DNA of 64,000 nucleotides from Phoronis australis (taxonomy: Eukaryota > Animalia > Phoronida): the NCBI GenBank assembly GCA_002633005.1, contig NMRA01000227.1, positions 568,219 through 632,218 on the forward strand, in the 5' to 3' direction. Of this stretch, positions 13,704 through 26,827 are shown piece after piece (the stretch's first letter is position 1; every line of letters starts with the position of its first letter). The notes beneath the pieces were generated by a model. The model did no database searches. It was given only the letters and a program-made list of their open reading frames with translations, and was not told the origin of the DNA. The position numbers were made by a program, and so were the translations under genes.

Positions 13704-14485
13704 GTGGGCGTTACAAGTTCATTTTGTATCAACAGGTGTGAGGTCATGGAATTTTAGAAGTAAATTCCAATGTTTTGATAGTGTGTTCCATAGTCCACGC
13801 TATTTTATTTTTGTAAAAATATAAATTTCTTCGTTAAAACGTAGGGCTAAATGAATAAAAAATAAGTTTAATTTACACCACTTACAGTTATAAAACGTTT
13901 CGTTTCTCAGAAAAGTTATTTCTATCCCTCAAGAACTCATGATTTATAGCTGCTTGGGGCAAAATTTGTTAAGTTGGATTGTCACGATAGGCTATTTTAT
14001 GCGCCGAATGTGATCTCAAGCAATAAGGAATCCAGAAGTTCTTTCTTATCTGAGCAAGGAACAACTCAAGCGGCTATATAACCGCCTTCCGCCTGAAAAA
14101 TAAACTTTGAACTGTCACAGTTCTTTGCAAACCCCAAAGTGATTTCACATATGAGTAAGGAACAGGTTGCATGTGGTCAAAATCAAAAATTGTTCATCTT
14201 GGACGGAACCCGGGTTTAAAGCCACATCTAAAGTTGATTTTTGACGGAAGGGGGTCTATAGCAGTATTGAATTAGAGGTGACTTTCTCTTGTTCGAGTCT
14301 AGGCTCCATAACTTAATTCGTTTCATTTTCTTTCTGTGTGCCAAGCATGACCTCAAAACAAAAACGAACGTTCAGTTCTCGTTCACGTCGTATCGAATAG
14401 TAAGCGGTCTTAACGCAAAGTTAGCGATTTTGGAAGATGAGGGATTTATTACAGCTTAAAAAGATTTTTTTACATTTATGCATAG

Positions 14486-15858
14486 GTGTGGTAGAATTAA
14501 GAGAGTTTGGACTGCAAGCCGTGAAGGTGGTGATGGAATACATTTATACCGGGAAGACTGAATTTACGGAATCCAATATTGAATCGGTTTTGAAACTTGC
14601 GCTTCGTTTGAGAATCGAGAGGTTACAGGAGCACTGCAATAAATACTACACAAAGGCAATTAACAAAGAAAATTGTCTTCATATTCGTTCCGTTGCTAAA
14701 CAAAATGGTTTCGACGAAGTATACGACAAGGCCGAAGAATTTTTGTACGCGTTCTTTGCAGACATATCGGAGACGAGAGCTATTTTAGAAGTGCCGATTG
14801 ATGCGTTGATGACCTTCATTCGAGATTTAAAGTTGAGCTACTTCACGCCGAAGGAGTTCTTTGAATTGGTTACTCGTTGGGTTAAGGAAGTTAGTACCGT
14901 GAGACTGGGTCATTTTGACCAACTGTTTGCTGCACTGAAACTCCAGTGGATTGCGCCAGATGATATGACAAGAATCAAAGAGAACGAATATGTCAAAAAC
15001 AGCGCTCTTTGTAAAGCGGCCATCGACAAATACGAGTCCAATGCCAGACAAGGTCACATTAGCCCGGGCGTTAAGGACTTAGTTGTCGTTTCCGGTAGCT
15101 ACTGTGGAAACAAGCACTTTGCTTATTCCATAAGCGAGGATCGTTGGGTAAGGCTGCCCGTACCTTCGAAATTTCCTGCAAAGAATCATTTAACTGTTGT
15201 CGGCAAAAATATTGTGTTGACTGATCGTCGTGTGTATGGAGATGCGGTGTTAATGTTGGAAACCGAAACCGGGACCTGGCAAGACTTGTCTGTCGAATTT
15301 AGTGGCCACAAGTTTGGAAGCGGGACCGTGGTTTCATGCGGCGGATTTATATGTATTGTTTCAGGCCTGCAACGACATTTGGAGCTCTATCCAACACGTC
15401 CAGGTCAAATGTTTAAAAACGTTAAGATAAATGCGTTGAAAGAGCCGTGCACCGTGTCTGCCTTCGCACTGAAGGATGAGGCCATTTTGATTCTTGCAAA
15501 GCCTAAGGCAAGCAGACGATTTCGGGTTAATAGGTGCCTGTTGTATGATGTCCGCACTGGAGAATTTGAGGAATATTCGTGTGGGGCAAGTTATGGACAA
15601 CTTATGTGTAACGACGAAATCGAGGGGAAAGTTTACGTGTTTAATAACGGTTCCGGCTATATGTTTGATTACGCAGACCGCCGGTGGAAGGAGGCTGGAA
15701 GGTACATACCACCCCCTCAAGGAATCAAACAAGATTCATTTGTCGGGATACTTTACAAAGGTGTAGCGTATGTTGCTGCCGATGGACAAAGCTTGGAGAA
15801 TGCCACAAACGGGCAACTTTACAAATTCACCGGACACACATGGGTGAAGGTTATAGAG
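14486..15858 (+). CDS. BTB-BTB-BACK-Kelch-like gene, exon 5 (BTB2 end, BACK, degenerate Kelch/beta-propeller)
   Basis: catAG|GT; VMEYIYTGK..LQEHC..INKENCLHI..(BACK)..LVTRWV; beta-repeat region with YD..W-like motifs; donor GAG|GTAATC. Confidence 0.9.
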
Positions 15859-16118
15859 GTAATCGTGTTTATTGTTTAAGTTTTATCCATAAGATTGTAC
15901 AATTGCTTTGTCTGCACTGCTCATTTACTATCAGTTTTGTGGGGAACAATACTGTTTATAATTTCGTCCTGTAACTAGATAAATTACTATTGAAATATAG
16001 AAGTCATTCTGTACTACACAGGGGCGAAACTGGCAATTTTGCTTTGGGGTGGGGAAGGGAGGATGTGTGAGGCATCGATTTGCCTACCCTTTGAAAGCTA
16101 AGACGACGAGGATCTTTA

Positions 16119-17600
16119 TAATCAATCAATCAATCAATAAAGTCAATAAATCATTTATTATAGTGACCTCCTGTAGCAATTGCTACCCATCCACAACTTG
16201 GGCTTATAAGTCACCATTCCAAAGCGAACGTACAAAAAAGGCAACGCATACACGCATACAATGACAAAAAGAAAAGAAAATCATACCAACGCCAACCTTC
16301 TCGATCACTATTAAATGGAAAAAACAACTTTTTTGCCTAAGAAATGCATAAATAAAAGTGATAACTAATTTACTCACAGTGGTGTTAGTCATCAGAAAAG
16401 CAAACTACTTCTGAATTTCTATCTCATCAAATGTGGGGCAGACCAACATGACCTCTGCAAATAACCCACTTCTGAGATCAGTGTAGAGATCGCAAGAGCA
16501 AAGGGAATGTATTTCATTCTTAACACATGAGGCAGTACAAAAATGACACAAACGCTCCTCAACCGGAGTAAAAATACCGAAACGGCCAGTTTCCACTTTC
16601 AGCGGCAAGACTCCACATCTAAATTGGGAAAAGATGGATTCCTTTTCTCTAGAAATGGTCATTTTTAAATAAACTTCTGTTTGATAATTATTAGTTTTAA
16701 ATAATTTATAAGTTCATAGCTTGGGTTTGCTCAAAATTTCTGCCTTCCATTCAGACTCGGAAAGATTCATCAGTTTCATTTTGGCATTTCCCAGATCACG
16801 AGCTGACCTTTGATAAAATGCTTCCATCTGATCAACCCCAGTAAAAATTTGAGATACAGTTTTTGGCCAATTGTTCTGTCTGTACTTGAGATCACAGTAA
16901 AATACTTGCTTTGTGAGACAATTATCTGGCATGAAATAAGTCTATTCCAGTGCTGTAATATACAAAAGTTCCTGCGAACTATACCAGGTATCCACCCCAT
17001 ATCTCCATTCATCGCGGCGATTGGAGAAAATTTGTATCGAATGGCCGGATTTGGGATTGAATCACACTGAGGAAAAAGCACTGCCCCCAAACACCAGCGC
17101 AATAATCAAGCATCGGGATAACACACGCATCATATGTATGTATGTCTTGAACCCAAACTCACTCAGGCGCTTGAATTTAGAGACCATAGCACCAACTGCA
17201 CGGCCACCAGACGCTGCTAGTGCGGCAGCGGCTTGTTTAAATTGCAAAGGTTCATCAAAAAGGACACTTAAGTATTGATACTGACTTAAAAAGGGAACGG
17301 GTTATTCGCATAATTGAAGACAAAGTTGGTCTGCGTCACCCGGGGCTTACGAAAATGCATAACTTCAGTTTCACTCAAATTCAACTCCATCCTCCATTGT
17401 TTACTCCAAGTGTGCAAGAGAAACAACGTGGCCTGCATATCATGGTCACGTGACGAGAGTAAGGCAATGTCGTCAGCATACAACATGGAGCTAATTGCAT
17501 TATTTCCTATAGGGATACCACGGTTGAACCAATTCAGTTCAATAACAAAGCCATGTGTATAAAAAGATGTACACCAAAACGTATAGGGAACCAATCAGAC
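16119..17600 (-). mobile_element. 5'-truncated decayed LINE (L2/CR1-group RT C-terminal part) in intron 5
   Basis: SSMLYADDIALLS; FRCGVLPLKVETGRF...EERLCHFC...NEIH; 3' tail AATAAA plus (TGAT)n microsatellite at ~16120-16160. Confidence 0.88.
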
Positions 17601-18012
17601 GATCGCAAAATTTATAGTGCAATGTCTTCACGATAGCCCTGATTTGGTAATTCTTGACCCCTTTGGTCATCCTCGGAGGGAGCCTACCCACTACCCAATT
17701 TTGTATATAGAAAAAAGAACCCCACAAGGGGAACCGACAATTTTTGTAATGTGGTAGAACCTGCCAAATTGGTGACGACAGTGGAACTAAAATTTTGAAA
17801 TTTGTGATGGCAGGCAAAGTTGGTGATCACTCAGAGATTTCATCAGTAGTGACCAGAAACGGGCTTCCTGAGGACCATTATTTTTCGCCCCCAAAGACAA
17901 AATCCCAGGTACCGCCCCGATGTTAAACAATGTGTGTGGGAAGTTTTACAAAGAGTTCCTACAAGTTAAGAAACGTAAACTCAACTGTAAATGTTGTAGT
18001 TGTTTATTCTAG

Positions 18013-18139
18013 ATGCCAGCCAAGCTGTACTTTAGTGTTCGACCCACAGTGCTGCGAGTTCCGGCGTCGTTAGCCACGTGCCCGCCAGAATGCCTCCATT
18101 GCCACAATGCAGAATCTAAATCAGTAACAGTATTCGCGG
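18013..18139 (+). CDS. BTB-BTB-BACK-Kelch-like gene, probable exon 6
   Basis: ttattctAG|MPAKLYFSVRPTVLRVPASLATCPPECLHCHNAESKSVTVFA G|GTTTGT; phase 0 in, phase 1 out. Confidence 0.6.
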
Positions 18140-18408
18140 GTTTGTAAACGCTACCAAATGAAGAACCAACCTCATTGACTATGATTCTTACATAGCTTGA
18201 GTCATTCGGTAGACATTGACATATTACCAACTAATAACTGATCTTGCACTGCAAATATCAATAACGTCTTACTCTCATAAGATTCTCCTGTTCAAAATTA
18301 CGAAATTTGACAGTTGTTCAAATAGTTTGGTTTAAAAACTTGTCTCTTAAGAATTTTGAAACTGCACATCCATCTATTCTTTTTTTCATTTTTCTTTATT
18401 TTATTCAT

Positions 18409-19889
18409 GGGCAATTCCATTTGACGGACGTACAATCAGAGAACATTTTATCAACTGTGAAAAAAATGTTCATCCTTGGAAAATATTTAATATACCAATT
18501 GATAGGTCTCATCAATAGGTTTCAAAGCGTGTATCAACTTTTCTCTTATCTTTTTATCTGACAGAAGATTGCCTTTAAAGGAGCTTGACGGACGTACGCA
18601 GAGAATTTGAATTTTTGAAAAAAAATTAACGTAAATTTTCTGTGAGTTGCATTCAGTTACACCTTTTGTTTTCTATGATGATTTAATGGAATGTTTGTAA
18701 AGTACAACACACTAATTTTTGATGATATCTTCTAAAAATTTTTTGTCAGACAGCTCAATGTAAGTTGAGTGAGTGTGACGGACGTGCGTGATCGACGTAC
18801 GCTCTGAATTTCTAGTTTTAAATTATTTGTTTTGACTAAAATATCATTTCAGAATAATTCAAACTTTTGAAGTTTTAAATTTATATTCATGCTCAATAAA
18901 GTAGGTGACTGGTTGCCACCACTTAAAAAATGCCCAGCATCGGCTTTTTAAACAAAACATAGCATAGCAAGTCAGAGCAGAAACAACACATTGATTCCAG
19001 ACCAACAACATGTATTTCCTTAGGTCTCCTGTTATTTATACTCCAGAGCACCTTAGGAATTCTTTTGTATGGATGTTTTTTTTTGCGTCTAGGTACTTCT
19101 TTACAAACACTGTAAACTATAACTTTTCAGCAATTACTTTTGAAATTAAAAAAAAATGCAATGCGTCTAGTTTAAATCTGTAGCAACTTCTTTACTTGAC
19201 TTTAAAGCTGTCTGTGTATTATTTAATCCTTTTAACGTTCTCAGGTGTGAGACACATTTTATCTTGTGCAAGAGTAGAAATTAAAAATAAGATATAAGGT
19301 TATTTCTATTGGCTAAAATTTTTTAATTTCATGGGTGTGACGGACGCATGTGACGGACGTACAAATTTGCCGTACGTCTGTCGCACAATTTCTGACTTAA
19401 CAAATGATTTGTGGGATCTAAAATTTTGGTCAATAGTATTGAGTAACACGTTAAAATAGAATCTGACATTATTTTAATTTTGGTTGAAAACTTTTTATTA
19501 AGTAAATTTTTAGCACTTTTTGTGACGGACGTATGGAACCATTATATCTAGTAGTTGACCTTTCCCAAGAGGTCAATAATGTACCAAAGTTGAAATGTTA
19601 CTTTTTATAAAGTTTGAGCTTCATGTGATTGCAAAAATTTGATAATTAATGAAATACACATAATTGGCTTATTTATGGCATTAACTAGCAACACACATGA
19701 AAATCGAGCTATTTTTTAGGGTCAAGTGACCCTCAAAAATGGGTCTGTTCAGGCAAAAAACTGAAAGTTTTAAGACAATGAAATATGTGTTTTGAAACTA
19801 GAGTGACTGGGGTTTCAGATGAGACCAGAAATGTTAGTGTAGTCTCAATTTTAATTTTGCCTCGAGGTTGACATTTCATGGAATTGCCC
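18409..19889. mobile_element. Non-autonomous DNA transposon (~1.5 kb) with 12-bp TIRs and internal TGACGGACGTAC repeats
   Basis: gggcaattccat ... atggaattgccc; tgacggacgtac-like motif at ~18422, 18586, 18776, 19338, 19351 and 19523. Confidence 0.75.
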
Positions 19890-20502
19890 TAAGTCATAGT
19901 TTACTAATACAAGTTAAATATATACAGATAACATGAGCACAAGAAAAACTCGCACATGCTCACGACACACCTGCCTTCACACCTACTCATCAATATTGAG
20001 TGATGTCTCGAAAAAGGTTATGTTTAGACAGGTTCTCCAGGGTACCTGGTACTCATCTAAGCTTTGCTGAAATAAAATTCTCCATGTAATATCTAAGGAA
20101 TTGAGTGAAATTTGGTAATGCTTTTAAAACTAAGACATTTGAAATATTTTAGTTGTAACAAAATTCAATTGAAAATTTAAGTTTCTGTTTTGATAGGTTA
20201 ACCAAAAGTCTATAACCTAATAGACACCTCATTCTGTTAACACCCAGCTGCATAATTCTGCTATCAATCCTTTGTATTTTCACATTAAGAATATACATGT
20301 ACGACTTGCCCTTCACTTTATGACTGACATAAAGTACACAAATCAGAATCCATCAATTCTACCCTGACGGAAGACAGTGGTTACGTCTGATGCCAGTGCA
20401 TATAGGCTGACATTACCGGCTAAGCTCACACATTTTTAGCGTGCATGCAGTGGCAATAATTGAAAGATCATTGCCCTAATAACTTACTTGTTTATGTTTC
20501 AG

Positions 20503-20582
20503 AAAGACCGCAGTGCGATACTTCAGACGACAGCTATTATGTGTTGGACGATGACGACTCGTCCTTCGATTACTGGGACTAA
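20503..20582 (+). CDS. BTB-BTB-BACK-Kelch-like gene, probable terminal exon 7
   Basis: tgtttcAG|AA RPQCDTSDDSYYVLDDDDSSFDYWD*; phase fits exon 6; AATAAA at ~21161. Confidence 0.55.
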
Positions 20583-21260
20583 ACCACTTCGCCAAAAACA
20601 CCTTGGCGCTTTACTGCGTGAGGTTTGAAACATTACGAAGCTGCTGGCTTTGTAGCTAACTCTTTGTACTGCTCACTTTGAAAGACACGTATGCTCAAGG
20701 AAAGAACACCTAGTTGGTTATCGTTGTGTTAACGAGTTTATTGCAGAAAGCATGCGCGCACCCGGCCTTCAAAATGGGAGGGTTCGAATTTCTGTCGATG
20801 TAGACCTTTTGCTGACAAAAAATGGGGAGGACTAAAAAATAAAAAAAACGGGGTCCCACCCTCAGAACTGTGAACTGTGCATCTGCGTCTTTTTTTAGTG
20901 GACTTTTGTGTCGGATTCAGTTAGTATATACTTTATGCATGGTTCTCTAAAAAATTTTAGGAATTGTTTTTAAATTAAAATGTTCCGCTTTTATGAGGCT
21001 CTTACAAGAAAGTCGTAACAAACGAGAACGAAGTGATAACTTTGAAAACTGAATAGCGTTTTTGAGATAATATTTTGAACTTATATTTTAAACAAAATTT
21101 GACAGTTTTATTTATACTGTTGTCATCCTATGAATGTACCTTTCTTTTTTGTGAAATTGTAATAAAAAGACATGTTCACGTGACCCAATTAAATGGCAGT
21201 TTAATAATAAGTCAAAATGATATTCTGCAGGCTCTCCACTTTCGGTAATCTATGCAGTTT

Positions 21261-22274
21261 CAGTGGAGGATCTAGGATATCACCAGGGGGGCCCCACATT
21301 TTGTCCGGCTGTAAGCATTTGCGCAAACTGAACCGCTATTGTAGATGCGCATAGCACCGAATGGGGGAAGGTCGGGAGGGGGGTTTGCCCCGCTCCCGCC
21401 CAGGAAATTTTTCTGTTTTTACCTCTAAAAATCAAGCATTTTCCTTGATTCCTGAAGTATTATCCAAGAAAAAAAGGCAAAAAAAAGAAACACTTAGAAC
21501 GTGTCAAACGGGAAAAACTTCAAGAACCAAAGACTCGAACTCACGACGGATAGAGCGAGCGCGCGTTACTACTACACCAACACGATTTACCTATTAAGAT
21601 TATACTAAGAGACCTACTTGTTTATGGTCCACAGCGTTTGTGCGCGAAACCTACTTCTTTTTGTAATGCTTATTACACGTTTTATATTTTGTGCCATCAA
21701 TTCATAACAAATTTGTCGTATTTAAAATAGTCTTCAAATGCCCAAAAGACCAAATCCGTTTTTCGTGTTGGCAATAATGACGGGATTGCTCTGGAAGTCG
21801 TTTTAAGATAAGGTTTGACAAAGAGAGTATTGCCAGTTTCCGAGTGATTCACTAAGGCTTCGATTAAAATTCACATCCTACCAGCAGCTTCTGTTTTTTC
21901 ATCGTCAATCAGGTTCCATTTTCCTTAAAAAATGAAGTAAATTGTCTTCATTGCACAGTGGAGCAGACGACGGAAACGGAGTCGTAGTGCGCAGCGCCAC
22001 TGCCGGTCGCCTGGGATATCGCGGGAGAGCCTATACTTAGCCATAGTTCCGTTACGAATGCGCCGTGTTCCGAATTTGACACTTGAAATTGGATTTGAGC
22101 CCCCCCCCCAACACTAAAACTGCACACCTTTAAATCTTTTTCCATCCGTATGACTTTAATTACCGGCGTTAATTAATAAACTCAACATTTCCCTTCGCTC
22201 TTACTGTTTTATTTTTTTGCAGCAGCCAAGGGGGGAGGGGGCGGTCCCCCTGGGCCCCCCTAAATCCGCCCATG
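21261..22274 (+). mobile_element. 1-kb non-autonomous DNA transposon, family A, copy 1 (5-bp TSD agttt)
   Basis: Ends cagtggaggatctag / ctaaatccgcccatg; agttt on both flanks; homologous to the copies at 33661 and 36004. Confidence 0.9.
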
Positions 22275-23505
22275 AGTTTAACTAGGTTAAATTCTATAGT
22301 TTGTAGGTATTTAACCGAAAACAGTCTTGTCGGTAAGGTACTACATAACCTGGAAGAGATGGTATGAAAACAACTACATAGAACTGGTTGTGAAAAACAC
22401 CATTTCTTGGGCAGCACATCTGTTTGCCTAAGGCTGGTAGAGTATTCGCCACTCATGTGTACCTTTACAAACTTTCACACCTTTAGAAGTTCTATCAAAA
22501 ATAGTAACTTGTTTCCCAGGACTCACACGCTGACGTCACTGTATGGTGAACCAATCCATTTGGTGAAGACGGTCAAGAATAACAAGTGAACGTTCCTTCA
22601 GTTGTATGCAACTGCCACAATACAACTGCAGCACATCAGGAGGTGTGTGAATTCGCAAAAGAAGTTACATGAACAAACAGAATTTTGCTGAGATGCGAAG
22701 TTTGTGTTAGGGACTGTTCTGAACTTGTTTTGAGTTTTTAATAGATTTTCATCTTATAGAGAATATTTGCTGTCTGTAGTGAGACTTGCCCTCCTATAAC
22801 TCGTATAGCTGTGTTCAGCGGCAATTTACTGACCTGGGGAGAGTTCAATAGCTGTCTCACGGCGAGAAAAATTTAGCCAAATTCTCTTGCTCCCTGTTGA
22901 AAATACACTGCAATTTCTGGGGTAATCTCACATGGTCAGACTTTTCTAGCGAGGTCCTCGCGTTACTTATCTCATCATAACTACAACTTAAACTGGTCCA
23001 TTGCAGTGGTGGTAAAAAGGGCAAACTTGACTTGAATGAAAGGAGATTAGGTTAGCTACACATTTGTAAATAAGTCTTGAGTCTCATACCTGAGAAAAAT
23101 GGGATGCAAAACTGTTAAGAGGAGAGGTTTCCAAACTTGAGGAAAGGATTGCAAAATTTGTGAAACTTATTATTAAACAAGAAGTTTTGATGATGAATGA
23201 AGAACTGATCAACTTAAAAGTTAAATGATGTCTTGAAAGAAAATGTGAATAACTTTGAGCAGTATTCAAAAAGGAGTAGCACACCCATTTATGGTTTGAA
23301 TGAAAAGTAGCCAGTCCAACAATGTCCGAATCTATATACAGCTGACAAACAGAACTTGTCTACTAATGTGACCAAATGTTTGTAAAATATTTGATTCTGT
23401 GACTCCAAGTGGCTGCCACATGACAAGGAGCAAAACGACCTATACTTGAATCAAGGTGTGCACGATAGTGAATACTTTCAGTTGTATTTATTTTGTGTTG
23501 ATTGA

Positions 23506-23586
23506 AGTGTGTTTCGGTGTGTGTGCGCGTCTGTGTGCGTGTGTATGAGTGTGTGCGCGCGCGCGTGTGGGTGCGCGTGTGCATAT
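23506..23586. repeat. Alternating purine-pyrimidine (GT/GC)n microsatellite
   Basis: gtgtgtgcgcgtctgtgtgcgtgtgtatgagtgtgtgcgcgcgcgcgtgtg. Confidence 0.8.
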
Positions 23587-24889
23587 ACAAGACATTATAT
23601 CTTAAGCATATATTTTCTTTGATGTAATTCATTTTGAGAAATAAATAATCTAAATATACAACTCCCAGTCCTGCTTGCAAATTGTCCACTGTTAGCAAGT
23701 CTAGTGAATGGTAACGATTAAGATGACACAGATCATTGTAACTATACCATAAATATCCCATATATTAATGGTTTACATTTTTACAAACCATTTTACTAAA
23801 GCGGTGTTGTAACGCCGCCGTCACGCTGACAATAAATGACACTCATTTCCCATTTTGCCCACGACTAAATCAGCTGACTGACTGGTAGATTTGCCGAATG
23901 TTATCAGACAGAAACAAAAAAAAAATAATTTTCCAAAATAAATTTTAATGAACATGCGCGATATGAGAATGAAACAACTTCGTTTTTCAACAGCGAAGAT
24001 AAAAAAGAACACAAGACTTGATCGTACCGTGGCCCAAAGATGACATGGCATGTTTCTTTTTTAATTACCTCAGGATCTCGAGACCCTGAGAAAATTAAAA
24101 AAAGAAACGCTCAATGTCACCTTTGAGCCACCGTATGATTGACAGTGGTCCGAGGAATGTATTTTGACTGATAGGCTATAGAAAAACACAGTGTTACAGT
24201 CAAGCGCTACAAGCCACATATGGTTGTCTTCTTGTGACGTGGTAGGATATGACGTGGTCAATTTCTGCGCGTACTTTCAAATTTCATAATTATAGTTTAA
24301 TCCGAGTTATATAAAAATTTCAACATTTTTAGATCAAAGAAAATTCGAGGAGCATGGACTACTAGTTCAGACTGGTTAAGACACTTTGATTAGCAATAAT
24401 TTCCAAGATTTTTTATTTTGTGCGTCTGTACGATTTCGTATTAAAGGGGCATATTACCTTTTGAATAGGCTTCTTGTCAATTAAGCATATTTTATTTATT
24501 GTAAAAGCCATTTTGGACTTAAAATATTAACAATTCCTCGAACCGGAAGTGTGAGTAAACTGAGCAGCCTGCGCTCTGTCCCTTTTCTGTTCTGATAAAT
24601 GAGCTTGGCAGCCGAGTCGACCACCGATTTCCAGGGCTAGTACGGACAACATGTTATTTCGCCATGTGACTTGAGCAATGATGCCGAAATAGGTAATGTG
24701 CAACAGCGATTCAGCCGCCCAAGCCGCTCGACTCTTAACAGTGCCACACACCAAGTTTGGAGAACTGTTAACTAAATTTTGACAAAAATCCACCAAAAAG
24801 GTAAAAAATAGGACAAATTCGCCGAGTTTCCAAAACCAATTTAAAAAAGGTAACACTCACTTTACTTAGTAAATACTATACAAGTTGTT

Positions 24890-25235
24890 TTTCTCTCACA
24901 TAAAGTAACATCCGCTTTATATGGTGAATTAGCTGTCATTTAATCTTTCATAAAAACACCCCTTTACATGTTAAATGTCACACGATTGCCTGTCGCGTAT
25001 CTTCTCTCATTACCAACAACTCCTTTGCATGATAAACGTACGATTTCGCATGTCCTCTCTCATAAAGCATCAACCCCTCTACATGGTAACGAATGCCTGT
25101 CGTGTAGTCTGTCACATAAAAACACCCTCTTTATATGGTAAACTTGTTATACGATTGACCGTCGTGTATGCCCTCATAACATCCCCTTTGCCTGTTAAAG
25201 TTACGATTGTCACTCCTTTTACATAGTAACGATTG
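24890..25235. repeat. Degenerate ~55-bp tandem array (about 6-7 units)
   Basis: Recurring core cataaaaacacccctttacatggtaa with semi-conserved acgatt..tgtcg.gta linkers. Confidence 0.7.
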
Positions 25236-26668
25236 AATGCGCGCACCCAGGGGGAGCTCGGGGGGGTTCGAACGAGCCCCCCCCCCCAACTGGCAAAGTG
25301 GGCCGCAAGAGGTTCGAGTCGTCAACTTTACCACTGCAGCTCTCAGCGACTGACGTCATCGAATGTGAAAATAGAATACTAAATGTGCACGCGCAACAAT
25401 CGCATGTTCAGCACAGGGCATTCTACCGACATTTATACGCTATAATAAATAAGACGCGTAATTTCCACAAAAACGATATTTTAATTCAGTGAAAATTTTC
25501 TCTCATGTTCTCACATGTAAATCACCGATCTCCAATTTGAATGCGGGTATCGCGTCGTCGGGATCCTTTGACTTGAGCATTATACTCAGTTACCAGTGGT
25601 AACCTACTTTAGCAGACGATATTTTTCCGGTCGAAGCTTAGCGTGATAAATGTGTAGTAACTATAATAGTTGCTAAACCGTAATTTATAGATTCACTTTA
25701 TTTCCATTTTATTTAAATTTTCAACTGGTTTTGAGTAAAAGCATTATTTGACAAAAATAGCTCGGCTTTTCTTAAAAGGTCACAACCTCCGACCCCGGGC
25801 CTCTGACATAGAAAGTAGTTACAAAGCCGAGGCGAGTGGAGAAAGTTAGATCGATTCATTGCAATGTTTCTCGCTCAGTATGTGGTATAAATACATTATT
25901 ACATGTTCTCAGTCGATATCCCCCTTATCTAGAGCCCTCGTAGATTTTGGAGAATTATCTCCAAAATCCACTCGTGCTGTAGAGTACGGGGGATAATGAC
26001 TTCGCCATGTAATAATCTATTATATAAAACGCATCGTTTGCACAAACTCCGTCTCCCCCGCTCCATTACAGACCTTCGTTGCGCGCGTTTCGGCACCACC
26101 TTGGTCACAGGTATTGCACCGGCACCCTATTTGGATTCGAGGTGTTCTATTTTTTACTCATGGGCCGTTTTTTGCGGACGCGGAGGGGGGTGGCCAGTTT
26201 CGTATTGGCCTTGGTGACGTCAGTCGGTCGGCTCAAAAGGTCTGGGTGACGTCACTCCGTCGGCTTAATTTCACTCCCTCCGGCTTTTGTCTCGTATATA
26301 ATTCATCGGCACTCACAGTTTTCAAAACGACGGCAGATAGGATTTTCCTTTGTTACAAAAGGGGAAGAATTGTGAAAACTAACGTTTATTAGATTTTGTT
26401 TACTTCTGTAAACGGCTATAACGGGCACTGTGAATGTCGATTCATTTCCAGATTCTGCATGCACCCCTGCACTAAGGCAGGTTGTTAGCTCTAAGTTTCA
26501 CGATGAGGTGACGAGCTGAGCCTCCGGGTTGTGTGAAATAATGGTGTCTAACGGAGCTCAACTCACAGCTACCTAGCTTTTGATGTTGACGAAAGTCTTC
26601 ATATAGCTAGCTGGATTTCTACCGCAATATGTACATTTATGATGCAACTTTTGTAAATACATCCTGGC

Positions 26669-26827
26669 CAGAGGCGGATCCAGGATTTTGAGTTGGGGGG
26701 CATGGCAAATAGAGTATTAGCAGGAAGAGATAACCGAGACATTTGCACCCCCAAACTGCTAAATGGAAGCTGGGAGAATTTTATGGGGGGCCATGGCTCC
26801 CTTGGCCCCCCTCTAAATCCGCTACTG
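26669..26827 (+). mobile_element. 160-bp MITE related to family A ends (second copy at 51640-51799)
   Basis: cagaggcggatccaggattttgagtt...ctaaatccgctactg. Confidence 0.8.

Noticed and set aside
14437-15879. 480-aa ORF as a stand-alone gene
   Set aside because: It begins mid-BTB, and splice sites at 14486 and 15858 show it is an internal exon
21948-22145. Short ORF (SNSEHGAFVTELWLS...) recurring three times
   Set aside because: It lies inside family A transposon copies; the recurrence reflects the repeat and there is no recognisable domain
24890-25235. CRISPR-like repeat/spacer appearance
   Set aside because: Repeats are degenerate, the spacers resemble each other, there are no cas genes, and the context is eukaryotic; it is an old minisatellite
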